In this document: piece by piece, positions 21,293-30,915 of the stretch
Layout of the letters: every line of letters begins with the position of its first letter
How positions within the stretch are numbered: position 1 is the stretch's first letter
NCBI GenBank assembly: GCA_963706285.1
Contig: CAVPLU010000004.1
Coordinates: forward strand, 96,001 to 160,000
Direction: 5' to 3'
DNA length: 64,000 nt
Source of the DNA: Candidatus Bathyarchaeota archaeon
GTDB lineage: Archaea > Thermoproteota > Bathyarchaeia > 40CM-2-53-6
Notes under the pieces: model-generated
Seen by the model: the letters and a program-made list of their open reading frames with translations, nothing else
Told to the model about the DNA's origin: nothing
Database searches by the model: none
Translations under genes and position numbers: made by a program

Positions 21293-21407
21293 GAAGCATA
21301 GCTGCGCCGCCGGCAACGAAGAGTCGAGTTTTTCTGGTCAGTGCAGCGTTGAGTTTCTCCAGTTCCGTTTCAATGTATTGCCTGTTGAATGTCTGATTTC
21401 GGATCAA
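21293..21407 (-). pseudogene. Truncated N-terminus of a DUF6036-like nucleotidyltransferase
   Basis: TTG overlaps the upstream stop; MIRNQTFNRQYIETELEKLNAALTRKTRLFVAGGAAMLL then runs directly into the antisense of the tRNA CCA end. Confidence 0.6.
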
Positions 21408-22249
21408 ATCCGGACACCGTAGTCTTTGGCTCTTTCGGCGAATTCATTCCAATTCGGGAGAACGGTGTTATTTTGTGGCTCATGACTGCCCAGAAAGTGT
21501 AACATTCCTTCGACTTGATCTCGAAGACCGAGTCTCTCTGCCGTTGCAAGGAGATAGTCTGGATTAGTCTTCGCCTTTGCCATCAGGATTAGGGCGTATG
21601 TGACGTTGGTGACTCCGTCTATGAGAATGGTGTGCAGTACAATATCTTCAGGCCTAAGCGCTCTCCTTAGTGGAGAGAAATAGTAGTATTCCACGTCGGA
21701 AATCAGAGGGATACCATAGGTTGCCAATGCCGTCGTTGCGGTAGGCTTGAACCGCTTGTCCCTGATTGCAGTTCCAGCTGCCACGCGAATAATGAACTGA
21801 GAGCCGAAGGCCCAGACTATTGCTGCGTTTTCGGAAACCTGTGCTGCCAGTTTCAAATTGATGAAATTCACGAATTCACGGATGAACTCGGTGATCTTGT
21901 CAAACCTTGGGTTGACGGTTTGGCCCTCTGCCTCAGGGATGATTATGCCATGCGCCATCAGGTTCCTCATAGCTCTCCACTCAGTTACTCTTGAGACCGA
22001 GGTTGTTGCAACATTTTCAAGCTTGAGTAGAGGGTGAATCTGAGAGTCTGCCAGAATCGACTCCCAAGGCACGTGGGGATAGGCTAGGAACAATTCTTTG
22101 AGAAGCTGGGCATGCTTTGCTTGACTGAGCTCAACCATCTTGCGCATCCCCGCCCTTTTCGTAGCAACGAACCCTTTGGCTTGGAGTTTCTCGACAGCCG
22201 CTGTTGCCGTTGGCTGGGATTTTCCAATGCGCTTAGCCAACTCGGACAC
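21404..22249 (-). CDS. wHTH transcriptional regulator / antitoxin-like partner of the nucleotidyltransferase (true start probably ~60 nt further upstream)
   Basis: Upstream in-frame FSRTELEILKEL, then SVSELAKRIGKSQPTATAAVEKL HTH; C-terminal LPNWNEFAERAKDYGV. Confidence 0.7.
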   Translation of the reverse strand: MSELAKRIGKSQPTATAAVEKLQAKGFVATKRAGMRKMVELSQAKHAQLLKELFLAYPHVPWESILADSQIHPLLKLENVATTSVSRVTEWRAMRNLMAHGIIIPEAEGQTVNPRFDKITEFIREFVNFINLKLAAQVSENAAIVWAFGSQFIIRVAAGTAIRDKRFKPTATTALATYGIPLISDVEYYYFSPLRRALRPEDIVLHTILIDGVTNVTYALILMAKAKTNPDYLLATAERLGLRDQVEGMLHFLGSHEPQNNTVLPNWNEFAERAKDYGVRI

Positions 22250-22503
22250 GGAGGCTGACGATTGTGTTAGCTCTTTCAGTATCTCTAGCTCAGTTCTTGA
22301 GAACTCGTATGCCGGCCCACCACCTTTTGGGTTCAGAAGCTCGAGGATATCAAGAAGATATCTTGCGGACGGAAACCCTGAACCGAGCAGTCAAGAATAT
22401 GATGAACTGTCGAACGCCAGATGGCGATCAATCATCTAGACGGGCCAGGCATTCATGCGAGGTAGTGACTCACATTTTTCCACCGTTGATGAGAGCTGTC
22501 AAA

Positions 22504-22537
22504 GCGGCACCTCTTTCCCGGGGGGCGGCACCTCTTT
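22504..22537. repeat. Perfect 13-bp direct repeat GCGGCACCTCTTT, 21-bp period
   Basis: Copies at 22504-22516 and 22525-22537. Confidence 0.9.
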
Positions 22538-22896
22538 GGAGGATGCGATCGTGCACCATGTCGCGCACGTATTTCGACTCGCGCGCCGGATTGAAGAGCG
22601 AATGCTTTGATCAATGCAATATATCCCAGACTGCATCCGTACCTGAAGAAGAAAATGACGAAACGTCCAGTAACAACCCCAATGTTCGCAACAGATCTCA
22701 AAACACAATAGAATGATCCCCATTCTATCCTTCGCCGGCTCAAACAACTGCATGATGTAGACTGGAGCGCACGTCTCCTGTTGCGGATGCGTATAGTCGC
22801 TCAAATCTGAACCGTTAGGAGCGGATTCGAATATCCGTGATTGACGAGGACGGGCGCGAAGGTACAAGTGCCGAAAACGGGCGATCCACGCACCAT

Positions 22897-24020
22897 TTAT
22901 CGACCTGTTAGGTTGTCTTTCTCATTATGTAGGATAGCGAGCCTCATCAAGGCTTGCTCGTACACTGCGATTGCGGCTAGATAGTCTTCGATGACGATCT
23001 CTTCTTGGTCTGTGTGATCTAGTCTAGAATCTCCTGGCCCATAAGCGATCATTGGAATCCGTATCTTCGATGCAAGAAGATTCATGTCTGAAGTTCCAGT
23101 CTTCTTAAGGAAAACTGGATTCTTACTTCTGACCTTTCTTATGGCCCATGAGAATGATTGTGCAAGCGTCGAGTCGGCATTCATCAGACATGCGCCAATA
23201 TGATCTACCATTTTCAATTTGACTGAAACGCCTGAGTTGTTTTTCCTATAGGATTTGATGGTTCCTCTGACGTTGTTCAATACGTCCGTAGACTTGAGTT
23301 CCGGCGGGATACGCACGTCTAGCGTGAGCGTGCATTCAGATGGAATCACGTTAACTGAAGTTCCGCCTCCAATGCTGGTCAGGCTGCCTGTTACCGAGTG
23401 GAAGCGAGATTCGCTGTTGCTGAAATCCACAAATCCCTTCTTCAGTAGGCTCCAGAGTTCCATCCCCTTCTCGATGGCATTATCTGACATCCACGGGGCC
23501 GCTGAATGCCCTGCCTTTGTAATGCATTTTAGCGTGAGACGAATGAAGCCCTTGTATCCAATTACGATATTCTCGGTGTTGCTGGGTTCTCCAAAGACAG
23601 CGTAATCCAGATCAAGCGAATCTGATTTGATGAAATTCTTTATGCCCGTGCTGTGGCTCTCTTCACTCACAACTCCCACCAGCAAAATTCTGCCGGGGAA
23701 TCTATCCTTCAGTCTTGAGGCTGCCACGATCATGGCCGCAAGAGGCGATTTAGCGTCAACTGCGCCTCTTCCCCGGATCTTCGTTCTCTCCAGCTTGATT
23801 TCCAGATTTCCTGGAACCGTGTCCATGTGTCCGCACAGATAGGACTCTCGGGTGACCCGTGGCCAGATTCGGCTATCACGTTTCCAACATCGTCTCTGCG
23901 TGAGTGAAAGCCAAGCTTCTTCGTCTCGGTCAAGAGAAAATTGGACAACTCGCTTTCTTGACCGGACGGGCTGTATAGCTCAAGCATGTTCTTCAGAAGG
24001 TTTACCGGGTAATCGTCCAC
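22897..24020 (-). CDS. lysK: [LysW]-lysine/ornithine hydrolase (M20; frameshift ~23845)
   Basis: YSPSGQE, GHMDTVPG, GRGAVDAKSPL, GEPS, KTGTSDMN, YGPGDSRLDHT. Confidence 0.9.
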
Positions 24021-25206
24021 TCTCTTTCTCTCCGATGATTTCATCCAACACCTCGGCGGTTCGGTCTATGTGCGCCCGTGTGATAACAAGCGGCGGCAAG
24101 AAACGTAGCACGTTCCTACCCGCATCTAGCATCAGCACTCCTCTCTCCAATGATTCAAGAATCACTTCTCGGACATCAAAACGCATCTCCGCACCGATCA
24201 TGAGGCCAAGTCCTCTGACCTCTCTTATGATCGGATGATTCTCCCTCAAATGATTCAGTTTCGAGGCAAGGTACTCTCCCTGGACACGTGCCTTTTCGGG
24301 AAGATTCTCTTGCTCAAGAACGCCAATCGTTGCTGCTGCGGCGGCGCATGCAATGGGGTTGCCGCCATAGGTAGTTGAGTGCTCTCCCACCTTCAGGCTT
24401 GACATAATCTCATTCTTGGAAAGTGTCAGGCCTATTGGAATGCCGCCGGCTACGCCTTTGGCTAAGCAGGTGATATCCGGAACTATTCCAGAATGCTGAA
24501 AGGCAAAGAGTTTTCCTGTTCTTCCAAATCCTGTTTGGATCTCATCGACGATTAACAAGATTCCTTTCTCGTTACAGAGTTCCCGCAACTGTTTGAGGAA
24601 ATCGTTCGGGGGAAACCTGACTCCGCCCTCTCCCTGGATCGGTTCAGTTATCACGGCCGCAGTATCCGTGCCGATATTTTCTTTCAGCTTCTCGATGTTG
24701 CCGAAAGGAACATGTTTCATCTGGGGAACTAGTGGCATGAACGGGTCTCTGTACTTCTTATCCCATGTTACTGATAGGGCGCCGAATGTTTTTCCGTGAT
24801 AGGCGCCCATCATTGCGATGATCTCTTTCTTTCCAGTGTATTTTCTAGCGAGTTTGAGAGCGCACTCAATCGCTTCAGCGCCGCTATTCGACAGAAACAC
24901 TTTGTCTAAACCGTTGGGAGCTATGTTCGCGATTCTCTGCAGCAGCTCCGATCTGGAGTCGTTGTACATGAACCCATGGCATGAGGTGAGCTTCTCGCTC
25001 TGGTTCCTTATCGCCTCAACTACTCTTGGGTGGCAGTATCCGACTATGCATGAACCATAGCTTCCCGCACAATCGATGTACTCCTTGCCATCCTCATCCC
25101 AAAGTAGGTCTGCGCTTCCCTTCACAATCACGACTGGGCGTTTGGCGTATACGTTCGCCATGATCCTCTGTTCGGTCGCGATGATCTGGTCTCTATCCAT
25201 GAACAA
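23980..25206 (-). CDS. lysJ: [LysW]-semialdehyde transaminase (ArgD-like)
   Basis: NSGAEA, EPIQGEGG, DEIQTGFGRTG, LAKG, HSTTYGGNP. Confidence 0.9.
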   Translation of the reverse strand: MFMDRDQIIATEQRIMANVYAKRPVVIVKGSADLLWDEDGKEYIDCAGSYGSCIVGYCHPRVVEAIRNQSEKLTSCHGFMYNDSRSELLQRIANIAPNGLDKVFLSNSGAEAIECALKLARKYTGKKEIIAMMGAYHGKTFGALSVTWDKKYRDPFMPLVPQMKHVPFGNIEKLKENIGTDTAAVITEPIQGEGGVRFPPNDFLKQLRELCNEKGILLIVDEIQTGFGRTGKLFAFQHSGIVPDITCLAKGVAGGIPIGLTLSKNEIMSSLKVGEHSTTYGGNPIACAAAAATIGVLEQENLPEKARVQGEYLASKLNHLRENHPIIREVRGLGLMIGAEMRFDVREVILESLERGVLMLDAGRNVLRFLPPLVITRAHIDRTAEVLDEIIGEKESGRLPGKPSEEHA

Positions 25207-26002
25207 TCACTGTCCCCGTTTTGCCGCTCAACGATTTTGAGATGGGGTCTTCCTGTAGTCCTGACATCACGACGGCTTGGCCAACACCCATTTTGACGGC
25301 TTCGACTGCCGCGTGAATCTTGGTTATCATTCCTTTTCCTATTCCTGGTAGAGTTGACTCTGCTTCTTGCAGCGTCAGTCTTGGAACCAGGCTGCCATTC
25401 AGGACAAGCCCTTCCACATCGGTTAGCAAGACGAGTCTCTCAGCTCTCAAGCTTCCCGCTATGTGAGCTGCCATGCGGTCTCCGTCAACGTTCAGCTCCT
25501 CGAATTCTTCGCTGATGACAATTGGGGCAACAACAGGAGTGTATCCATTCTCAAGCAGAAGGTTGATGAGCCTGGGGTCTACACTCTCAATCTTGCCGGT
25601 ATAGCTGTCATCAACCAGTCTTTTTCTGCCGGTTTCGTTCACTGCAATGATCTGTTTCTTTCTGCTTGCTCTTACAGACGCTCCATCGATTCCAGTGATG
25701 CCGACAGCTTGTACTCCTTGCGCCAAGAAGGATGATACGATTCGTTTGTTTATCTTCCCCGCCATCACCATCGTGAAGATTTCCATTGTGTCCTTGTCAG
25801 TGTAGCGGCTCTTGAAGCCATCAGGGGAAACTAGAAACTGTTGTTCCTTTCCCATCTTTGAGGCGATCTGTGTGACTTTGTTTCCGCCGCCGTGAACTAG
25901 TACTATCTTGGTTTGGGAGAGGCTTCGTTTGATATCCGCGATGAAGGATTCTGTCATTCCTTCGTCGAGCACGGTACCTCCTACCTTCACAACTGTGATC
26001 AT
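25193..26002 (-). CDS. lysZ: [LysW]-aminoadipate/glutamate kinase
   Basis: VVKVGG, LVHGGG, SPDGFKSRYTD, LNVDGDR. Confidence 0.92.
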   Translation of the reverse strand: MITVVKVGGTVLDEGMTESFIADIKRSLSQTKIVLVHGGGNKVTQIASKMGKEQQFLVSPDGFKSRYTDKDTMEIFTMVMAGKINKRIVSSFLAQGVQAVGITGIDGASVRASRKKQIIAVNETGRKRLVDDSYTGKIESVDPRLINLLLENGYTPVVAPIVISEEFEELNVDGDRMAAHIAGSLRAERLVLLTDVEGLVLNGSLVPRLTLQEAESTLPGIGKGMITKIHAAVEAVKMGVGQAVVMSGLQEDPISKSLSGKTGTVIVHG

Positions 26003-26008
26003 GGTTTT

Positions 26009-27061
26009 TCACGCTGGGTGAAGTGGAGGTGTCTTCAGTCCAGTCTTCTCATCCAATCCGTACATGATGTTCAGGCATTGAACGGCTTGTCCGGCTGCTC
26101 CTTTGACTAGATTGTCGATGGCTGAGAAGATGACTAGTCGGTTCACGTGGTCGTCTAGTTCGAAGCCGATATCGCAGAAATTGGATCCCACGACCACTTT
26201 GGGGTCGGGCAGTCTGTAGAGCCCTTCGCTATCTTTGACAAATCGGATGAATGGTTCATTCTTGTAGAACGAGCGGTAACTCTTCCAGATATCAAGATCG
26301 CTGGACTTCTGGGTCAGGAACACGTGAATGGTTGCTAGTATTCCGCGGACGGAGTTGACGGCGTGTGGTGAGAATGAAATCTTCACAGGCTGGTTGGTGA
26401 GTTGGTTCAGTTCTTGTTCAATTTCTGCGATGTGTCTATGGCCTATGGTTTTGTATGGTCTCACGCCGCCGAATCGTTCAGCGTGATGTGACGCGATCGA
26501 AGGTTCCGACCCTGACCCTGAGGATCCCACCTTCAAGTCAACGACTATTCTTTCCTTCTCAATCATGTTGTCCTTCACGGGAGGTGCAAGGGCTAAGATG
26601 GCTGATGTCGCCATGCATCCTGGCACGCCAATTAGGTCAGCTTTTCTAATTTCCTCCCTGTGCAGCTCCGGCAATCCGTAGGTGGCCTTACTCAGAAGTT
26701 GAGCGTTGGTGTGTTCCCAACCATACCAGTGCGGGTAGTCCTGCGGATTTTTCAGACGGAAATCAGCGCTCATGTCTATGAGCTTCAGATTGGATTTCAA
26801 GAGTTCCGGGATGAGATCTTTGGATGCGCCGTGTGGCGTTGCTGTGAATACGACCTCGCACGTTTTTGCGATGTAGTCTACATCCAGTGGAGAGAACTTG
26901 AGCGTGGTATAGCCTCTCAGGTTTGGGTGTGCTTTGTGTACGTACTTTCCCGCGTGTTGTCTTGATACTATTGTCGTCAGGTCGACGTCAGGGTGGCCTA
27001 GGAGTATGCGTATGAGTTCACCGCCAATGTATCCTGACCCGCCGACTACTCCGACTTTCAA
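26009..27061 (-). CDS. lysY: [LysW]-phosphate reductase (ArgC-like)
   Basis: GGSGYIGGEL, SADFRL, PGCMAT, DNLVKGAAG. Confidence 0.92.
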   Translation of the reverse strand: MKVGVVGGSGYIGGELIRILLGHPDVDLTTIVSRQHAGKYVHKAHPNLRGYTTLKFSPLDVDYIAKTCEVVFTATPHGASKDLIPELLKSNLKLIDMSADFRLKNPQDYPHWYGWEHTNAQLLSKATYGLPELHREEIRKADLIGVPGCMATSAILALAPPVKDNMIEKERIVVDLKVGSSGSGSEPSIASHHAERFGGVRPYKTIGHRHIAEIEQELNQLTNQPVKISFSPHAVNSVRGILATIHVFLTQKSSDLDIWKSYRSFYKNEPFIRFVKDSEGLYRLPDPKVVVGSNFCDIGFELDDHVNRLVIFSAIDNLVKGAAGQAVQCLNIMYGLDEKTGLKTPPLHPA

Positions 27062-27062
27062 T

Positions 27063-27917
27063 TTAATGCCTCGCCAAGTCGATCAAGTGGTCTAGGATCA
27101 GTCCGGGTACGTCTACGCCTGATGATTCTGTGAGGGCTTTGAACTCAGTTGTATAGTTTACTTCATGAACGACGAGTCCTCCGGGAGTTTCCATCACGTC
27201 AACTCCGAAGGCTCCTCCTCCCACCGCCTCCACAGCTTTCACGCACAACGCTTCGAGTTCTGGGGTTATCTTGCATGCTTCTGCTCGACCTCCTCTGGCA
27301 ACGTTGGTTCGCCATTCACCGGGTGAAGGGTATCGATACATCGCCGCGACGGCGTGGTCACCTATTACGAAGCATCTTATGTCTCGCAGAAGGTTTTGCA
27401 TCATCTCCTGGATGTAGAAGACTTGGTAAAGAGGGAACATGAATTCTCTCGTTTCTAGGATAGCTCTCGCGGAGTCCAAGTCCTTCAAAGGAGCGATCAG
27501 TCTTCCCCAGCTTCCCACGACTGGTTTCAGGATTGCAGGGTAACCGACTTTCTCGAGAGCCTTGATGGCTGAGTCTTCGGTGAAAGCTACGAGGGTTTTC
27601 GGCGTGGGCACTCCAGCTTTTGACAGTGCTATGGAGGTTAGGAGCTTGTTCCCGCAGACAACTGCGGTGTTGAACGAGTTTACGACCTTTACGCCGTTGT
27701 TCTCTAGCAGGGCGGTTACGTGCATACTCTTGAAGTAGCTCATCGACCTCTGGAGAACAACTTTCTCAAATTCGGTTTCGGGATCTCTGGCGGTGTCGAA
27801 AACTATTTCGTCCACATTGTGGACGTTCAGGTTCACACCCTTAGATTTGGCTGCCTCTATGATCATCCTCTCGTCGGGTCTAATGCGATCACAGAGCATC
27901 CCGAGCCGTACGGTCAC
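27063..27917 (-). CDS. lysX: LysX/ArgX ATP-grasp ligase
   Basis: LKPVVGSWGRL, RDIR, WRTNVARGG, HEVN..EFK. Confidence 0.9.
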   Translation of the reverse strand: MTVRLGMLCDRIRPDERMIIEAAKSKGVNLNVHNVDEIVFDTARDPETEFEKVVLQRSMSYFKSMHVTALLENNGVKVVNSFNTAVVCGNKLLTSIALSKAGVPTPKTLVAFTEDSAIKALEKVGYPAILKPVVGSWGRLIAPLKDLDSARAILETREFMFPLYQVFYIQEMMQNLLRDIRCFVIGDHAVAAMYRYPSPGEWRTNVARGGRAEACKITPELEALCVKAVEAVGGGAFGVDVMETPGGLVVHEVNYTTEFKALTESSGVDVPGLILDHLIDLARH

Positions 27918-28088
27918 CTACTCTCCCCAATCTTCTTTTTCGATCAGGATTTTTTTCAGTTCGAGACTCTGACCTTCGATCTTTGCAACTTCGAGCTCTA
28001 GCCCGCAATCGGGGCAGCTCAGGATTTCCTTTAGCATTACATCGCTGGGCGCGTTTATCTCTGCGCCACATTCAGGACAACTAACCAT
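27918..28088 (-). CDS. lysW: Amino-group carrier protein LysW
   Basis: CPECG...CPDCG, C-terminal EDWGE. Confidence 0.95.
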   Translation of the reverse strand: MVSCPECGAEINAPSDVMLKEILSCPDCGLELEVAKIEGQSLELKKILIEKEDWGE

Positions 28089-28148
28089 GCTGATTGTTGT
28101 AGCCTCCGTCTCCACTTTTGGTTTAGCCCCATGGGCGTTCATGATTCA

Positions 28149-28204
28149 TTAATAAATGTTGCGTGTAAGTGATGATTCCGCATAGAATATGTCGAAAATC
28201 GAAC
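28149..28204 (-). promoter_or_regulatory. lysW operon promoter: TATA (TTTATTAA), adjacent ACACGCAA element, and a LysM-like box
   Basis: TATA 28149-28156; TTGCGTGT (+) 28159-28166; semi-palindrome GTCGAAAATCGAAC 28191-28204. Confidence 0.65.
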
Positions 28205-28422
28205 GATACATTAACACGGTCGCCTCTGCCCGTAAGAGGCGTTTGTGCGGCTCAGGTTGAATAACCCAGACGAGCGTCAGCGATGGCCTAGCAGCGGAAA
28301 TCTGGTTCAGCGGCTCTCTGACTCGAAGATGATGGCGCAGCTTCGCGCAGGAAAAGGGAAACCACTGAGTCTTGATTCTTGGAGCCAATGTTATTACTTC
28401 ATTCCAAGACTAGATTCGCCAA

Positions 28423-28848
28423 GTGAAGTTCTTTTTGGACGAGGTTGATCGGAAGATTATTGATATCCTAAGACAGGACGCAAGGACCTCGCATGTTGAA
28501 CTGTCCAAGTCGCTGAGATTGACTGAGGGCGCGATCCGAAGGAGAATAAAGAGACTTGTGCAAGATGGTCAGATACGCAAGTTCACGATAGAGACTGCTG
28601 AAGAAGGGCCCGCAGCACTCATGTTGGTATCCGTCAGCCCCTCTGTACCCACCTCACAGATTTCCACGGCTTTGAAGAAGATGAAGGGAGTCAGGAGAGT
28701 CTATGAGGTCACTGGTGAATTTGACGTGATTGCATTCCTCTCAGCAAGCGATACTACATCACTAGATGCTTGTATTGAGAAGGCTAGGATGCTCGAGGGG
28801 ACCGCTCGCACCAATACCATGATGGTTCTCAAAGCAATGCAGAACTAG
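28423..28848 (+). CDS. lysM: Lrp/AsnC-family regulator, LysM-like
   Basis: LDEVDRKII..L..DAR, TEGAIRRRIKRL, YEVTGEFD; adjacent to lysW. Confidence 0.8.
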   Translation: MKFFLDEVDRKIIDILRQDARTSHVELSKSLRLTEGAIRRRIKRLVQDGQIRKFTIETAEEGPAALMLVSVSPSVPTSQISTALKKMKGVRRVYEVTGEFDVIAFLSASDTTSLDACIEKARMLEGTARTNTMMVLKAMQN

Positions 28849-28895
28849 ATATGCTACCGATCTCAGGCGAACTGCTCCATTTGAAGTGTCGATGC

Positions 28896-30068
28896 TCATA
28901 GGATGCTGGTCATTCTCTCGCAGGCCTCAGCTATCCTGTGGGTTGGAATGGTGAGTGCGAATCTAGCATATCCTTCTCCGTATCTCCCGAACCCTATGCC
29001 GGGAGTCACAACAACTCCTTTGTCCAGAAGCTTCTTTGCGAATTCCATCGAATCCATTCCACAATGTGCCCAAACGTAGAACGTCGCTCTTGGTGTCATG
29101 CACTGCAGTCCTAGCCTCCTCAGTTCCTTGACTAACAAATCTCGTCGCTCTTGATAGATTGCGACATTCTTCTTGACATAGTCGGGTGGTCCACTGTCTG
29201 TGTAGCTTCTCAGTGCTCTTGCAGCAGCTTTCTGCACATAGAGAGAAGGACCTGAATCAACCTGGGACTTCACCTTCTCAAAATCTGCTATGATCCGCTC
29301 GCTACCAACTGCAAATCCTATTCTGTCGCCCGTCATGCTGAAGGTCTTGGAGCAGGAGTGTATCTCTATGCCGACATCTTTGAAGCCATCGATCTCCATG
29401 ATGCTTGGCGGCTGGAAGTTGTCGAATGCTATCTCGGAGTATGCGTTGTCGTAGCAGATGATGGTTCCTTTCTCTCTGGCGAAGTTCACCAGTTCCTCTA
29501 GGAAGGGTTTCTCGACGGTTGCTGACGTAGGGTTGTTCGGATAGTTCAGGAATATGATCTTCGGCCTTTCGCTGGTAATCTGATCAAGGTTGGGTTTGAA
29601 GTCATTCTCCTCTAGTAGTGGCATGACAACCGGTTTGCCATCGCACAGTAGTGTGGCTCCGTTCAGGTATACAGGGTATGCCGGATCTGGGACGAGGACT
29701 TCGTCGCCTGGGTTGACGTAGGCTCTTGCAACGTTTGCTATTCCCTCCTTCGATCCAATCAGGCCTATGACCTCTCTACTCGGGTCTATCTCGACGTCAT
29801 AACGTGTGTTGTACCACTTTGCAACGGCTTCTCTAAACTCTGGCTCTCCTTGACTCAACGAATAGTTGTGGTTCTTTGGGTTTGAAGCCTCTTCTCTCAG
29901 AGCCTCCAGAACGAAGTCTGGTGGAGGGAGGTCTGGATCTCCAATTCCAAAAGAGATGACATCGACTCCGCGTTTTCTCTTTTCAATAACGAGCTTCTCC
30001 ATCTCGCTGAACAGATACGGCGGGAGGCTGTCCAGTCTCTTAGCTCTCTCAGTTCTAGGTCTTGCCAT
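28896..30068 (-). CDS. dapL: LL-diaminopimelate aminotransferase (class I/II PLP)
   Basis: LPPYLF, GIGDPD, GSKEG, NYPNNPT, SCSKTFSMTGDRIG; last gene of the dap operon. Confidence 0.82.
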   Translation of the reverse strand: MARPRTERAKRLDSLPPYLFSEMEKLVIEKRKRGVDVISFGIGDPDLPPPDFVLEALREEASNPKNHNYSLSQGEPEFREAVAKWYNTRYDVEIDPSREVIGLIGSKEGIANVARAYVNPGDEVLVPDPAYPVYLNGATLLCDGKPVVMPLLEENDFKPNLDQITSERPKIIFLNYPNNPTSATVEKPFLEELVNFAREKGTIICYDNAYSEIAFDNFQPPSIMEIDGFKDVGIEIHSCSKTFSMTGDRIGFAVGSERIIADFEKVKSQVDSGPSLYVQKAAARALRSYTDSGPPDYVKKNVAIYQERRDLLVKELRRLGLQCMTPRATFYVWAHCGMDSMEFAKKLLDKGVVVTPGIGFGRYGEGYARFALTIPTHRIAEACERMTSIL

Positions 30069-30890
30069 CGAATAGTTCCGCTTCAAATACTCTTTCGACC
30101 GGCCCTTCAAGAATGGCTGAATCGCCGAGCTCCACGAGCAGTTCTCCACCTTGAAGTTGGACCTTGACCCGCCTTCCTGTCTTGCCAAGCCTTGATGCAG
30201 CGGCAACGCTCGCACAGGTGCCCGTCCCGCAGGCGGTAGTCTCTCCTACCCCACGCTCCCAAGTTCTAACTTTGATTTCCTCTGGAGACCTGACGCTAAC
30301 AAATTCGACGTTCGTGCCTTCAGGGAAGTAAGCGTGCCTTTCCAGCAGGGACCCAATTTCGTGGACAGGAAATGATTCGACATCTTCAACAAACGTGACA
30401 CAATGAGGATTTCCCATCGACAGACAGGTGATTCTGAGTTCCCTGTCTCCAGCAGTCACCGGTTCATCAATGCATTCTCCTTGACCGACCATGGGCACAG
30501 ACTGGCGACTAAATGATGGTTGTCCCATGTTCACTCGCACATTCGTTGTGTTCTTCTTGTCTGTTCTTAATTCTACTCTGCGATTTCCGGATAGCGTTTC
30601 TACGTTCATGATCCTTCTTCGAACGATCCGTTTTCATAGCAGTACTTTGCAAAGCATCGTATACCGTTGCCGCACATCTCTGCCTCTGAACCGTCTGAGT
30701 TGAAGATTCTCATGCGAACGTCAGCGGTTCTTGAATTCCGCACAACGAGAAGTCCGTCTGCTCCAACAGAGAACCTTCTCCTGCAGAGATTTCTTGCGAG
30801 TGTCCCAAGACGCTTATCGTTAATACGTTTGCGTCTGTCGTCAATAATCACGTAGTCGTTGCCAAGGCCGTGCATCTTCCAGAATTTCAT
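30055..30890 (-). CDS. dapF: Diaminopimelate epimerase (frameshift ~30615)
   Basis: [39 protein letters not shown]. Confidence 0.93.
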
Positions 30891-30915
30891 TGAAACCAAC
30901 CCGCGCACATAGTGA

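Noticed and set aside
22390-22433. ATG and in-frame TGA upstream of the HTH gene as possible readthrough
   Set aside because: The upstream peptide shows no recognisable conservation, and an RBS-like GGTGGTG near the HTH N-terminus suggests a later start.
22440-22560. AGAGGTGC on the minus strand next to the lys genes, resembling a lysine riboswitch start
   Set aside because: It lies downstream of the operon, is part of a simple direct repeat, and the remaining L-box stems are not evident.
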